This document shows positions 1-10,296 of a DNA stretch of 64,000 bases, piece after piece. Positions within the stretch are counted from its first letter, which is position 1. Each line of letters begins with the position of its first letter. A program made the position numbers and the translations under genes. The stretch spans positions 46,699-110,698 of the forward strand of contig JASEFN010000002.1 in assembly GCA_030018355.1 (NCBI GenBank), written 5' to 3'. Under the pieces are notes generated by a model. That model had not been told where the DNA came from, made no database searches, and saw only the letters and a list, made by a program, of their open reading frames with translations. The DNA comes from Caldisericia bacterium (GTDB taxonomy: Bacteria > Caldisericota > Caldisericia > B22-G15).

Positions 1-1
1 A

Positions 2-226
2 GTTGAAGGAATAAAAATTAATTTGAAGGGGGAACTCAACCCGTTAAGATTTTTGGGCAAAGATTTGAGAGAAAGAGCAGGATACAAAAAAATTATAGTA
101 GAAATTGATATAAAATCTAATGAACCAAAAGAAAAACTTAAAGAACTTCTTAAAAAAGTTGAGGAGAGGTGTCCTATATCAGATAATATAAGAAATCAAA
201 CGCCAGTGGAAATAGTTTTAAAATAA
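2..226 (+). CDS. OsmC/Ohr family protein, 3' part (5' end outside window)
   Basis: Frame open from base 2; C-terminal ERAGY...VEERCPISDNI.N.TPV pattern typical of OsmC-like proteins. Confidence 0.7.
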   Translation, partial: VEGIKINLKGELNPLRFLGKDLRERAGYKKIIVEIDIKSNEPKEKLKELLKKVEERCPISDNIRNQTPVEIVLK

Positions 227-562
227 TTATTTTACATTAGGGACTATACAGAGAAATTCTATATCACTTTCTCCATCGTTTATTATTTGGTGTTCTTTAT
301 TTGGAGGAATATAAATAAAATAGTTCTCATGTACACAAAACTCTTCTCCATCAATAAAAACTTTACCATTGCCCTTTAGGAAAAATATTTCATGTTCATA
401 ATTGTGAGAGTGTCTTGGAGAATTTCCTCCATTTTTGATTCTAAAGTATCTTAAATGAAAATTTGGTCCCTTAATTAACCATCTTATAAAAGCACTTTTA
501 GCACCTTGCATCTCCACTATCTCTTCAGGAACTTCATTAAAATGTTTTACAATTTTTTCCAT
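227..562 (-). CDS. Cupin domain protein
   Basis: Cupin metal motifs HSHNYEHE and YIPPNKEHQ. Confidence 0.85.
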   Translation of the reverse strand: MEKIVKHFNEVPEEIVEMQGAKSAFIRWLIKGPNFHLRYFRIKNGGNSPRHSHNYEHEIFFLKGNGKVFIDGEEFCVHENYFIYIPPNKEHQIINDGESDIEFLCIVPNVK

Positions 563-563
563 T

Positions 564-1226
564 TTAATCCTCCTTTGTTTCTAAAAATTTATCTTTTGCA
601 ATTTTTAAAATTGTTTTTGCAATATCCATATACATTTGAATGCGAGATTTTCTTCCTTCTTTAAATCCAATTTTCTCTTCTTTCATAAGTTGTGTAACTC
701 CCTCAAGAACAACATATTTAACTTTTATTTTATTTCTCCAGAAATAGTCTGATAGCAAAATTTCAAATCCATATCTTACTTCTGGATCGTATTTAAAATT
801 ATTCCAAAGTTCTCTTGTCATCGCTCTCTGTCCTGATAAAAATGGAGTTAATTTATGCGAAATATCAGTAGCAAAACGTCCTTTTTCAAAAATTCCACAA
901 GTTGTTAGATATTCACCTTCAATTATTGGTCTTAAAAGTTCTGTTATATGAAATGGTTTTAGCCCAATTAAATCTGCATCAAGAAATAAAATTATATCTC
1001 CAATACTATTTTTTACTCCTTCATAAAGAGCATATCCCTTTCCTTTATTTTCTTTAAGATCTATTGTTTTTACTCCTAATTTTTTTGCAATAATTCCAGT
1101 TTTATCTGTTGAACCGTCATTTACAACTATTATTTCATCAATAAATGGATTTTCAATTCCAACTTTAATTACATCTCCAATTGTTTTTTCTTCATTATAT
1201 GCTGGTATTATTAAACTAACTATCAT
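564..1226 (-). CDS. Glycosyltransferase family 2
   Basis: IIPAYNEE, VVNDGSTD, NKGKG, FLDAD motifs. Confidence 0.9.
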   Translation of the reverse strand: MIVSLIIPAYNEEKTIGDVIKVGIENPFIDEIIVVNDGSTDKTGIIAKKLGVKTIDLKENKGKGYALYEGVKNSIGDIILFLDADLIGLKPFHITELLRPIIEGEYLTTCGIFEKGRFATDISHKLTPFLSGQRAMTRELWNNFKYDPEVRYGFEILLSDYFWRNKIKVKYVVLEGVTQLMKEEKIGFKEGRKSRIQMYMDIAKTILKIAKDKFLETKED

Positions 1227-2913
1227 ATATTTCTCTTTTTAGAAATTCTTTAACCTCCTCTTTTTTTAATTTAAAAATTTTATCATCGGCCCTTCTTTTG
1301 ATTTCAACTAAATTCTCTTTTTCAAAAGTTTTTCCAAAAATCACTTTATAAGGAATTCCAAGTAAATCAGCATCTTTAAATTTTTCACCTGGAGATAGAT
1401 CTCTATCTTCAAAAAGAACTTCGAAACCAATATTTAAAAGTTCATTATAAAATAACTCTGCTTCTTTTATTGTTTCTAAATTTTGTGAGATTGGAATAAC
1501 TATCACATGATATGGTGCAATTACATTTGTCCATACTATTCCTTTATCATCAGAATATTGTTCAATTGTTGCTGCAATAATTCTTCCAAGTCCAATGCCA
1601 TAGCACCCCATAATAAATGGTTTTAAATCTCCATTTTCATCTTGGAAATATGCTTTCATAGCCTCAGAATATTTTGTTCCAAGTTGAAAAGTGTGCCCTA
1701 ACTCAATGCCAATTTTTTTAATTAATTTTTCACCACATTTTGGACATGGGTCACCATCTCTTACTTTTCTTAAATCAACTAACTCTTTAACTTTAAAATC
1801 TCTTGGATATGATACATGTATATAGTGAAAATCCTTTTTATTACCCCCACATACTCCATTCTTAACATATTTAATTCTTAAATCCCCTATTATCTCCCCA
1901 TTAAAGCCAATAGGACCGGAAAAACCAAGAGGAGATGATGTATATTTTTCAATTTCAAATTCATCTGCTAGGCGAAGAGACTTTGCATTATAAAAATTTT
2001 TAAGTTTTACTTCATTTATCTCATCATCGCCTCTAATTAAAACTAAAACCGGTTTTTCATCAATAATATAAAGAATTGCTTTAATTAATCTTTCCTCGCT
2101 TATATTTAAGTAACTCTTTACTTCCTCAACCCTTTTCATATTTGGTGTATAAATAAGTTCAAGTGGTTCCTCTTTTTGAGTTTCTTCTTTAATTTCACCA
2201 CTTTTTGCTGCTTCTATATTTGCAGCATAGCCACAATTTGGACATACTACAAACTCACATTCACCAATTTGAGATTCAGCAACAAACTCATGGGATACTT
2301 TTCCACCAATTGCACCAGAATCAGCCTCAACTACATAATATCTTAATTTAAATCTATCAAAAATCTTTTTATATGCTTCAAAAACTTTTTTATAGGATTC
2401 AAAAAGAGCATCCCATGATACATCAAAAGAGTATAAATCTTTCATTAAAAATTCTCTACTTCTCATTATTCCAAATCTTGGTCTTATTTCATCTCTAAAT
2501 TTTGTTTGAATTTGATAGAGAAGTTGCGGCAGATTTTTATAAGATCTAACTGTATTTCTTACAATCATTGTTATTATCTCTTCATGTGTTGGACCAAGAC
2601 AAAAATCTCTCCCTCTTCTATCTTTTAATCTAAAAAGTTCATCTCCATAAATTTCCCATCTACCTGTTTCTTCCCATGGTTCTTTTGGTAAAAGAGCAGG
2701 AAGAAAAACTTCTTGTGCTCCAATTTTATTCATCTCTTCTCTGATAATATTTTCTACTTTTTTTAAAACTCTAAAACCAATTGGTAAAAAAGCATAAATT
2801 CCCGAACTAATTTGTCTTATTAATCCAGCCTTAATCATCAACTTATGACTTATTGTTTCAGCATCTTTTGGATCTTCTCTTTGAATAGGAACAAACATTT
2901 TGCTTAAATACAT
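1216..2913 (-). CDS. proS: Proline--tRNA ligase (bacterial type with editing domain)
   Basis: LGPTHEE, QTKFRDEIRPRFG, GIELGHTFQLG, MGCYGIG; TTG start with GGAG RBS. Confidence 0.97.
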   Translation of the reverse strand: MYLSKMFVPIQREDPKDAETISHKLMIKAGLIRQISSGIYAFLPIGFRVLKKVENIIREEMNKIGAQEVFLPALLPKEPWEETGRWEIYGDELFRLKDRRGRDFCLGPTHEEIITMIVRNTVRSYKNLPQLLYQIQTKFRDEIRPRFGIMRSREFLMKDLYSFDVSWDALFESYKKVFEAYKKIFDRFKLRYYVVEADSGAIGGKVSHEFVAESQIGECEFVVCPNCGYAANIEAAKSGEIKEETQKEEPLELIYTPNMKRVEEVKSYLNISEERLIKAILYIIDEKPVLVLIRGDDEINEVKLKNFYNAKSLRLADEFEIEKYTSSPLGFSGPIGFNGEIIGDLRIKYVKNGVCGGNKKDFHYIHVSYPRDFKVKELVDLRKVRDGDPCPKCGEKLIKKIGIELGHTFQLGTKYSEAMKAYFQDENGDLKPFIMGCYGIGLGRIIAATIEQYSDDKGIVWTNVIAPYHVIVIPISQNLETIKEAELFYNELLNIGFEVLFEDRDLSPGEKFKDADLLGIPYKVIFGKTFEKENLVEIKRRADDKIFKLKKEEVKEFLKREIYDS

Positions 2914-2916
2914 ATC

Positions 2917-3957
2917 TCACTCCTTTTTTAAAAGTTCTCTTTTTAAAAAGGGTACAATTTCATTTTCTTCAAGAGTTTTAATCATTTTACCATTTTTAAA
3001 AAATAAAATTTTTCCTCTTGTCATAGCAATTCCCAAATCAGCATCTTTTGCTTCACCAATTGCATTAACCTCACAACCCATAACCGCAAGTTTTATTGGA
3101 ATTTTTAAGTTTGAAAAATTGTCTTTAATATCTTTTAAAATTTTATCAAAATTTTTATTACATCTTGAACATTTTGGACATGAGATGATTTCAATTCTAC
3201 TTCTTTTTCTTAACGAAAGATTCTCTAAAATTTTTCTTCCAATTTTCACTTCATATGAAGAATCATTAGAAAGAGAAACTCTTATTGTATCTCCAATTCC
3301 CTTTAAAAGAAGATTTGAAATTCCAATTGTTGATTTTATAATTCCATCTTCATCGCTTCCTGCTGCTGTAACTCCAATGTGTATTGGATAATTAAATTTT
3401 TCATATAAGATTTCATTTATCTTAATTGTTTCAATTGGATCTTCGCTTTTTGCCGAAATTACAATATCAAAAAAAGAAAATTCTTCTAAAATTTTAACTT
3501 CCCTTTCAATTGCCTCTAACATAATTTTTAATCTTTCACCCTCTTTTTTTTCATAAACAAGAGACCCAACATTTGCTCCAACTCTAATTGGGATACCTTT
3601 ATGTTTTGCATGTAAAACAACTTTTTCAATATCTTTCCTTTCTTTAATATTTGATGGATTTAGTCTTATTTTTTTAACTCCAACATCAATTGAGAGAATC
3701 GCAAGTTCTGCGTTAAAATGAATATCTGCAATTATTGGTACTTTCGAATATTTTACAATTTTTTCAACATACTCAATACTTTTTTTATCAGGAACAGCAA
3801 CTCTTATAAGATCTACATCCTCTTCTATCATTTTATCTATTTCTTTCTTTATTTCATTAAATTTTTTTAAATTCCCTTTTATCATTCCTTGAAGAAGAAT
3901 CTCACCCTCCCCTATCTTTCTATCTCCTATGAAAAACCTTCTTTTTATTTTATCCAT
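2917..3957 (-). CDS. ispG: HMBPP synthase (MEP pathway)
   Basis: PIIADIHF, IRLNP, GIGDTIRVSL, SCPKCSRC, AVMGCEVNA.GEA. Confidence 0.93.
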   Translation of the reverse strand: MDKIKRRFFIGDRKIGEGEILLQGMIKGNLKKFNEIKKEIDKMIEEDVDLIRVAVPDKKSIEYVEKIVKYSKVPIIADIHFNAELAILSIDVGVKKIRLNPSNIKERKDIEKVVLHAKHKGIPIRVGANVGSLVYEKKEGERLKIMLEAIEREVKILEEFSFFDIVISAKSEDPIETIKINEILYEKFNYPIHIGVTAAGSDEDGIIKSTIGISNLLLKGIGDTIRVSLSNDSSYEVKIGRKILENLSLRKRSRIEIISCPKCSRCNKNFDKILKDIKDNFSNLKIPIKLAVMGCEVNAIGEAKDADLGIAMTRGKILFFKNGKMIKTLEENEIVPFLKRELLKKE

Positions 3958-4952
3958 CTCAAGATGTCAAAAAATGTAACCAAAAAGAGAAGGCCAAGTA
4001 AAAATATAAAACCAATAAGATGTACTAAATTCTCTTTTTCAGGAGGAACCCTTTTTTTGGTTATCCACTCATAAATAAGAAATGGGATTCTTCCACCATC
4101 AAGTGCAGGAATTGGAAGTAGATTAGTTAATGCAAGTAAAATATTTAGAATTGCTGAAAACCAAATAATTCCAAATAAACCAGCAGATTTCCCTATATTT
4201 GATGCAACTTGTACAATTCCAACTGGACCAACAATTCCACCAGTTGCCCTTCCTGTAATAATTAGTCGAATTGATGATAAGAATAAGAGAATTACTCTTA
4301 AAACTTCTTTAAATGAGTAATATATTGCTTGAAAGAAATTTAATTTTTCAAAGCCACTTATAATTCCAATTACCCATCTTTCATTCTCAAGTGTTGGTTT
4401 AACATAAAAAGTTAAGGTATCGCCTCCTCTTTTCACAACAATTTTTATTTCGTTTCCATTGCTATTTTGAATTTCATTTCTTACATCATCCCAAGTTTTA
4501 ATCTCTTTATCATTTATATATAGAATCTTGTCTCCACTTTTTAGTCCTGCACTATATGCAGGTGAGTTTTCTTGAACAGAGAAAATAGTAGTTGAAAGAT
4601 TATTAAAATCTCCAAATGTTGAAAATAAAATTATAAATATAAGAATGGCAAGCAAAATATTAGCAAATGGTCCACCTAATACTGTTAATAATCTACTTTT
4701 AAGTGGTTTCTTATAATATCCCTCAGGTGTTTCTAATTTGTCATCCATTCCCCTAATTTTTACATAAGCAAGAAAAGGAATAATTCTTAATGAGTAAAGT
4801 GTTTCATTTTTAATAAAAGAGATGATTTTCGGACCAAAACCAATGCTAAACTCTTCAACCTGCATACCACCCTTTTTAGCCATAATAAGATGACCAAATT
4901 CATGAATTGTTGCAGCAATTGATAAAGCAATTATTGCATAAATTATATACAA
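3945..4952 (-). CDS. rseP: RIP metalloprotease RseP (M50, PDZ)
   Basis: HEFGH, FSIGFGP, NLLPIPALDGGR; between dxr and ispG. Confidence 0.93.
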   Translation of the reverse strand: MYIIYAIIALSIAATIHEFGHLIMAKKGGMQVEEFSIGFGPKIISFIKNETLYSLRIIPFLAYVKIRGMDDKLETPEGYYKKPLKSRLLTVLGGPFANILLAILIFIILFSTFGDFNNLSTTIFSVQENSPAYSAGLKSGDKILYINDKEIKTWDDVRNEIQNSNGNEIKIVVKRGGDTLTFYVKPTLENERWVIGIISGFEKLNFFQAIYYSFKEVLRVILLFLSSIRLIITGRATGGIVGPVGIVQVASNIGKSAGLFGIIWFSAILNILLALTNLLPIPALDGGRIPFLIYEWITKKRVPPEKENLVHLIGFIFLLGLLFLVTFFDILRWIK

Positions 4953-6085
4953 CTTTCCACCTCTTTCTTAATTAATTCTTCAATCTCTTTTTTTAAATCT
5001 TCTAAAATTGAAAGATTAAATTCTCTTTTTTCAATTTTATCATAAACTATTTTTAGAATTTTTCCTATTGAAAGAAAGTCAATTTTTCTTTCAAGAAAAA
5101 GATCAATTAAAATATCATTTGCATATATAATTGAAAATGGTTTTGTTCCTCCATCTTTTCCACTTTCAACTATCACTTCAAAACATGGGAAGCGATCTTT
5201 TTTAAATTCATAAAATGAAAGACCTTTTTTGAAATCGAATCTTTTGTAAGAAGATTTTATTCTTTCAGGAAAGGTAAGTGCTCTTTGAATTGGATATCTC
5301 ATATCTGGTTCATATAAAAGAGCAATAATTTCACCATCAATAAATTCAACTAATGAATGAATTATGCTCTCTCTATGAATTATAACTTCAATTTTTTCAT
5401 AAGGCACTTCAAAAATTAAATTTGCTTCAACAACCTCCATTCCTTTATTAAAAAGAGTTGCTGAATCAATAGTAATTTTTTTACCCATACTCCATGTTGG
5501 ATGTTTTAGCGCATCTTCTGGTTTAATATTTTTAAGTTCATCTTCACTTAAATCAAAAAATGGTCCACCTGACGCAGTTATTATTAATTTTTCAATTTCC
5601 TCTTCATTTCTTCCCAAAGTAATCTCCCAAATTGCATTATGTTCTGAATCTATTGGAATAAATTTCATATTTCTTTTTTCTATCTCCTTCATTATTAATT
5701 TACCAGCAGATACAAATGCTTCTTTGTTTGCAATATAGATTTCTTTATTTGCTTTTATTGTTTCAAGTATCCAAAAAATATCATCAACTCCTCTCGATGC
5801 AAAAAATATTATATCTATATCACTATCTTTAAGAACATAAGGAAAAATTTCTTTAAATAGACCAACATTTTTAGACTTTACTATCTCTTTTAATTCTTTT
5901 GATTTTTTTTCATCATTTATCAAAACATATTTTGGTTTAAACTCATTATAAATTTCAATCAAAGAATTTAAATTACTATTTGCAGATATTCCTTCAAGTT
6001 TAAACTTATCTTTTAAATTTCTTATAACATCAATTGTGCTTTTACCAATTGAACCAGTTGCACCTACAAGAAAAATTTTTTTCAT
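4943..6085 (-). CDS. dxr: 1-deoxy-D-xylulose-5-phosphate reductoisomerase
   Basis: GATGSIG, PIDSEH, TASGGPF, HPTWSMGKKITIDSAT. Confidence 0.96.
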   Translation of the reverse strand: MKKIFLVGATGSIGKSTIDVIRNLKDKFKLEGISANSNLNSLIEIYNEFKPKYVLINDEKKSKELKEIVKSKNVGLFKEIFPYVLKDSDIDIIFFASRGVDDIFWILETIKANKEIYIANKEAFVSAGKLIMKEIEKRNMKFIPIDSEHNAIWEITLGRNEEEIEKLIITASGGPFFDLSEDELKNIKPEDALKHPTWSMGKKITIDSATLFNKGMEVVEANLIFEVPYEKIEVIIHRESIIHSLVEFIDGEIIALLYEPDMRYPIQRALTFPERIKSSYKRFDFKKGLSFYEFKKDRFPCFEVIVESGKDGGTKPFSIIYANDILIDLFLERKIDFLSIGKILKIVYDKIEKREFNLSILEDLKKEIEELIKKEVESCI

Positions 6086-6834
6086 AATATAAAATATAAA
6101 ATTGGAATTGTAAATATAAAACTATCAACCCGATCAAAAAGACCCCCATGACCCAAAATTATTTTTCCAGAATCTTTTACTTTAAAATACCTTTTTATTG
6201 TTGATTCAAAAATATCTCCCAAAAAAGATAAGAAAACAATTAGTAATGGGAGAACTATAAGATTCAAAATTGAAAAATTTTTATAAAACAAACTTAATAA
6301 GAAGTAAAAAATATAAAGAGAAATAATGCTTCCTATAAGTCCTTCAAAACTTTTACCAGGGGAAATTTTTGGAACAAGTTTTCTTTTTCCAAATCTTTTT
6401 CCAACAAAATATGCAAATATATCAGAAATCCATATTGAAATTAATATTATAAATGTATTAAATATCCCTTTATTTTCCCTTAAAAGAAATAAACAAAAAA
6501 ATGGAAAAGTTGAAAGAATAAGAAAAGAGAATGGAAATAAAACTTCTTTTAAAAAATTTTCTATCTCTTCTTTTTTAATTAAAAAGAAAATAAATGAAAT
6601 TAGAAGAAATAAAAAAATAGATAATTCCAAATTTAAAAAAAATGGTACAAGAAGAAATGGAGAATAAAAGAGCCACTTTTTTAAATTTGAAATAGTGCTC
6701 ATTTCAAAAAAAAGAACAAAACTTAAAAAAATTAAAAATATTTTTAAATAAACCCCTCCAAAGTACAAAAAAATTATAAAAGGAATTCCAAAATAAAGTG
6801 CTCCGATTATTCTATTTTTTAATTCAGATTGCAC
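6082..6834 (-). CDS. cdsA: Phosphatidate cytidylyltransferase
   Basis: SDIFAYFVG, ISPGKSFEG, KRYFKVKDSG..ILGHGGLFDRVD; start placed at GTG 6834 behind an AGGAG/GAGG stretch (ORF track extends to 6864). Confidence 0.92.
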   Translation of the reverse strand: MQSELKNRIIGALYFGIPFIIFLYFGGVYLKIFLIFLSFVLFFEMSTISNLKKWLFYSPFLLVPFFLNLELSIFLFLLISFIFFLIKKEEIENFLKEVLFPFSFLILSTFPFFCLFLLRENKGIFNTFIILISIWISDIFAYFVGKRFGKRKLVPKISPGKSFEGLIGSIISLYIFYFLLSLFYKNFSILNLIVLPLLIVFLSFLGDIFESTIKRYFKVKDSGKIILGHGGLFDRVDSFIFTIPILYFIL

Positions 6835-7519
6835 CAAAACGCCTCTTTCTCCTTGAATATTCAATTATTGCTTTTTCAAACTCATTTTCATCAAAATCTG
6901 GCCATAAAGTTTCAGTGAAATAGAGTTCTGTATAAGAAAGTTGATAAAGGTAATAATTTGAAATTCTTAATTCTCCAGAAGTTCTTATAAGCAGATCTGG
7001 GTCTTTATATGGATATGTTAAAAGAAATTTAGAAAATATCTCTTCATCCACTTTTTTAATACCACTTTCAATTATTTTATTTACTGCTTGAACAATATCA
7101 AACCTTCCACCATAGTTTAAACCAATAAGAAGTGTCATTTTATCACAATTTTTTGAATTTTCTTCTACTCTTTCAATCTCTTTTATTACAAAATCTGGAA
7201 GTTCATCTTTTCTTGATAAAAATTTCACTTTTATCCCTTTTTCAACTATTGCATCAAACTCTTTTTGTATTACCTCTTTAAATAGATTCATTAAAAAATT
7301 AACTTCTTCTCTCGGTCTTTTCCAATTTTCAGTTGAAAAAGCAAAAAAGGAAAGTACTTTTATACCCTTTTTATAAGCATAAGTTATTGCTCTTTTAACA
7401 GCATTAACTCCCTCTTTATGACCGTATATTCTTGGAAGCCCCCTTTTTTCAGCCCATCTTCCGTTGCCATCCATTATAATGGCAACAGATTCAGGAATAA
7501 TTAAATTAGACTCTCTCAA
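6824..7519 (-). CDS. uppS: Undecaprenyl diphosphate synthase
   Basis: IMDGNGRWA, FSTENWKRP, DLLIRTSGELRISNY. Confidence 0.96.
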   Translation of the reverse strand: MRESNLIIPESVAIIMDGNGRWAEKRGLPRIYGHKEGVNAVKRAITYAYKKGIKVLSFFAFSTENWKRPREEVNFLMNLFKEVIQKEFDAIVEKGIKVKFLSRKDELPDFVIKEIERVEENSKNCDKMTLLIGLNYGGRFDIVQAVNKIIESGIKKVDEEIFSKFLLTYPYKDPDLLIRTSGELRISNYYLYQLSYTELYFTETLWPDFDENEFEKAIIEYSRRKRRFGAI

Positions 7520-7528
7520 CTTGTTTCC

Positions 7529-8080
7529 TTAACTTAAAATATCCTTCTCTTTTGCTTTTTCGTGATTTGTTAAAATTTCATTATATTTATCAGTTAATTT
7601 TTGAATCTCATCTTGTAATCTATGGCTCTCATCTTCTGAAATTTTTTTCTCTTTTTCACTTTTTTTAATTTTCTCAATTGCATCTCTTCTTATATTTCTA
7701 ATTGAGACTCTTCTCTCTTCAGTTAACTTTTTTACAAATTTTACAAGTTCCTGTCTTCTCTCTTCTGAAAGTGGAGGAAAGAAAATTTTTATTACATTTC
7801 CTTCAATTTGAGGATTTAAGCCTAAATTAGCTTCATTTATTGCCCTTTCTATATCTTTAATAATATTTTTATCCCATGGTTCAATTACAATAGTTTGAGG
7901 ATTAATAACATTAATTGACGCAACTTGATTTAATGGTAATTTTTGGCCAAAATATGGAACCCTTATTTCCTCAAGTATAACTGGGTTTGCCTTGCCTAAC
8001 CTTATTTTAGAAAACTCTTCAAGCAAATTTTTTTCAACCTTTTTCATCAATGCTTCAGTTTCTTGAATGATCTCTTTCAT
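7529..8080 (-). CDS. frr: Ribosome recycling factor
   Basis: IRLGKANP, PPLSEERR, SIRNIRR; conserved synteny. Confidence 0.96.
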   Translation of the reverse strand: MKEIIQETEALMKKVEKNLLEEFSKIRLGKANPVILEEIRVPYFGQKLPLNQVASINVINPQTIVIEPWDKNIIKDIERAINEANLGLNPQIEGNVIKIFFPPLSEERRQELVKFVKKLTEERRVSIRNIRRDAIEKIKKSEKEKKISEDESHRLQDEIQKLTDKYNEILTNHEKAKEKDILS

Positions 8081-8082
8081 AT

Positions 8083-8790
8083 TTATCCTCCCTTTATAAT
8101 TGTTCCTTCCTCTCCTAATATTGCTTTAATTATTCCATCTTTTTTCTTTATATTAAAAACAATAACTGGAATATTTGTATCTCTTGATAGAGATATTGCA
8201 GTTGGATCAAGTGCTCTTAAATTTTTAATTAAAAAGTCAGTATAAGTTATAGTTTTTAATAATTTTGCATCTTTATCTATTTTTGGATCTGAAGAGTATA
8301 CTCCATCAACACTTGTTCCTTTTAATATGACATCTGCACCAATCTCCGATGCTCTAAGTGCTGCTGCCGTGTCTGTTGTAAAATATGGATTTCCAGTTCC
8401 TGCTGCAAAAATTACAATTCTTCCTTTTTCAAGATGTCTTACTGCTCTTCTTCTTATATATGGTTCGCAAACTTCAGTTAATGTTAATGCAGATTGGACT
8501 CTTGTCTCAAGTCCCATTTTTTCAAGAATTGATTGAATAAGAAGTGCATTCATTATTGTAGCAATCATTCCAATATAATCTGATGTTGCTCTATCAATTC
8601 CAAATTTTTCTCCAAAAGTTCCTCTCCAGATATTTCCTCCACCAATAACAATTGAGATTTGGATCCCCATCTCCTTTATCTTTTTTATTTGGAGACAGAG
8701 ATCCTTTATAAAATCTATATCATACTCTTCTTCTTTATTTCCTTTTAAAGCCTCTCCTGAAATTTTTAAGAGTATCCGCTTATACTCCAT
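8083..8790 (-). CDS. pyrH: UMP kinase
   Basis: RILLKISGEAL, GGGNIWRG, GTGNPYFTTDTAAALRA. Confidence 0.97.
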   Translation of the reverse strand: MEYKRILLKISGEALKGNKEEEYDIDFIKDLCLQIKKIKEMGIQISIVIGGGNIWRGTFGEKFGIDRATSDYIGMIATIMNALLIQSILEKMGLETRVQSALTLTEVCEPYIRRRAVRHLEKGRIVIFAAGTGNPYFTTDTAAALRASEIGADVILKGTSVDGVYSSDPKIDKDAKLLKTITYTDFLIKNLRALDPTAISLSRDTNIPVIVFNIKKKDGIIKAILGEEGTIIKGG

Positions 8791-9387
8791 CTACTCTTTT
8801 TCACCAACCTCAAATCTAATGAATCTTTTTATTGTTATATTCTCACCAAGTTTTGCAATTGCATCTTTTATAATATCAATTACCTTTCTTTTATCATCTC
8901 TAATGTAAGGAAGTTCTAAAAGGCAAACTCTTTTATAAAAATCTTCAAGTTTTCCTTCAATTATTTTTTCAATAACTTGGGGTGGTTTGTTCATATCTTT
9001 TAGTTGCTCTCTAATTATTTCTTTTTCTTTTTCAATTATTTCTTGTGGTACATCATCTCTCGAAATATATTTTGGTGAATCAAAAGCAATTTGAAGACAA
9101 AGTTCATTTGCAAGTTTTTTAAAATCTTCTGTTCTTGCGACAAAGTCTGTTTCACAATTAAGTTCAATCATAACACCAATTCTCCCACCAAGATGAATAT
9201 AGGAGTGAATTATTCCTTGCCTTGTCTCTCTACCAACCTTTTTTTCTGCTTGTGCAAGTCCCTTTTTTCTGAGATACTCAATTGCCTTTTCTATATCTCC
9301 TTGAGTTGCCTCAAGCGCCTCTTTACAATAAGATATACTTGCACCAGTTTTTTCTCTTAACTCTTTTATAAGTTCCATATTTGCCAT
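8791..9387 (-). CDS. tsf: Elongation factor Ts (short form, 198 aa)
   Basis: IKELREKTGA, ELNCETDFVA, RFEVGE. Confidence 0.97.
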   Translation of the reverse strand: MANMELIKELREKTGASISYCKEALEATQGDIEKAIEYLRKKGLAQAEKKVGRETRQGIIHSYIHLGGRIGVMIELNCETDFVARTEDFKKLANELCLQIAFDSPKYISRDDVPQEIIEKEKEIIREQLKDMNKPPQVIEKIIEGKLEDFYKRVCLLELPYIRDDKRKVIDIIKDAIAKLGENITIKRFIRFEVGEKE

Positions 9388-9390
9388 ATA

Positions 9391-10194
9391 TTACTCCTCC
9401 TTTTCTTCATAATCGCCTTTATTAATTCCTTCTTTCATAAACTCTTCGATTTCTTCTTCACTTGTTAAGAAGAGTTCTTCAATTTTTTCTTCTTCACGAG
9501 GCATTTCTATAACTTTACCCTCTTTTCCTTCAATTACTGCATCTGCAATAGCAGATGTGATTAGTTTTATTGCTCTTATTGCATCATCATTTGAAGGAAT
9601 TGGAATATCAGCAAGATCTGGGTCACAATTTGTATCAACTATTGCAATTACATATGATTTTACTTTTCTTGCTTCAATTATAGCATTTACATCCTTTTTT
9701 GTATCAGCAACAAATATTATTTTTGGAATTTTTGGGATCCCTCTTAATCCACCAAAAAGTTTGATGAGTTTATCTTTTTCTCTTTTAAACTCTTTTAGTT
9801 CTTTATATGAAAATTTTTGAGTGTCTCCTCTCTCTTCCATTCTTATCATCTCTTCTAATCTATCAATCCTTTTTCTAATTTCATAGAAATTTGTTAAAAG
9901 CCCTCCAACCCAACGTTCATTAACATAGTACATTCCACACCTTTCTGCTTCTTCTTTTACTACCTCTTGTGCCTGTTTTTTTGTTCCAACAAAAATTATA
10001 ATTTCTCCTTGTCTTATTAAATCTGAGACAAGTTTTGTTGCCCTATCAATTGCATCAATTGTGTGTCTTAAATCAAAGATGTGAATCCCATTTCTTTCCA
10101 TAAAAATATACTTTTTCATTTTGGGATTCCATCTTTTGACTTGATGACCAAAATGAGCACCAACTTCAAGAAGTTGTTTCATTGTTACTTGCAT
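9391..10194 (-). CDS. rpsB: 30S ribosomal protein S2
   Basis: LLEVGAHFGH...WNPKM, FVGTKKQA, NDDAIRAI; start at ATG 10194 behind AGGAGG. Confidence 0.97.
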   Translation of the reverse strand: MQVTMKQLLEVGAHFGHQVKRWNPKMKKYIFMERNGIHIFDLRHTIDAIDRATKLVSDLIRQGEIIIFVGTKKQAQEVVKEEAERCGMYYVNERWVGGLLTNFYEIRKRIDRLEEMIRMEERGDTQKFSYKELKEFKREKDKLIKLFGGLRGIPKIPKIIFVADTKKDVNAIIEARKVKSYVIAIVDTNCDPDLADIPIPSNDDAIRAIKLITSAIADAVIEGKEGKVIEMPREEEKIEELFLTSEEEIEEFMKEGINKGDYEEKEE

Positions 10195-10221
10195 ATTACC
10201 TTTTCCTCCTTTTAGGTTATT

Positions 10222-10296
10222 CCTCCGCTTCGTCATCTTCTCTTCACACCCCTTGAACCTCAAGAGGCACCTTGAAGAGAATCAGAAGCGTGTGTT
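10222..10296 (-). promoter_or_regulatory. Structured rpsB (S2) 5' leader RNA, probable autoregulatory element
   Basis: Nested stems 10226-10231/10285-10290, 10239-10246/10273-10280, 10249-10256/10260-10267; reads ACACACGC...GGUGC...GCGGAGG on the - strand like Firmicutes rpsB leaders. Confidence 0.7.

Noticed and set aside
10195..10263. N-terminal extension of rpsB in the ORF track
   Set aside because: It runs through the structured leader; the AGGAGG RBS supports ATG 10194
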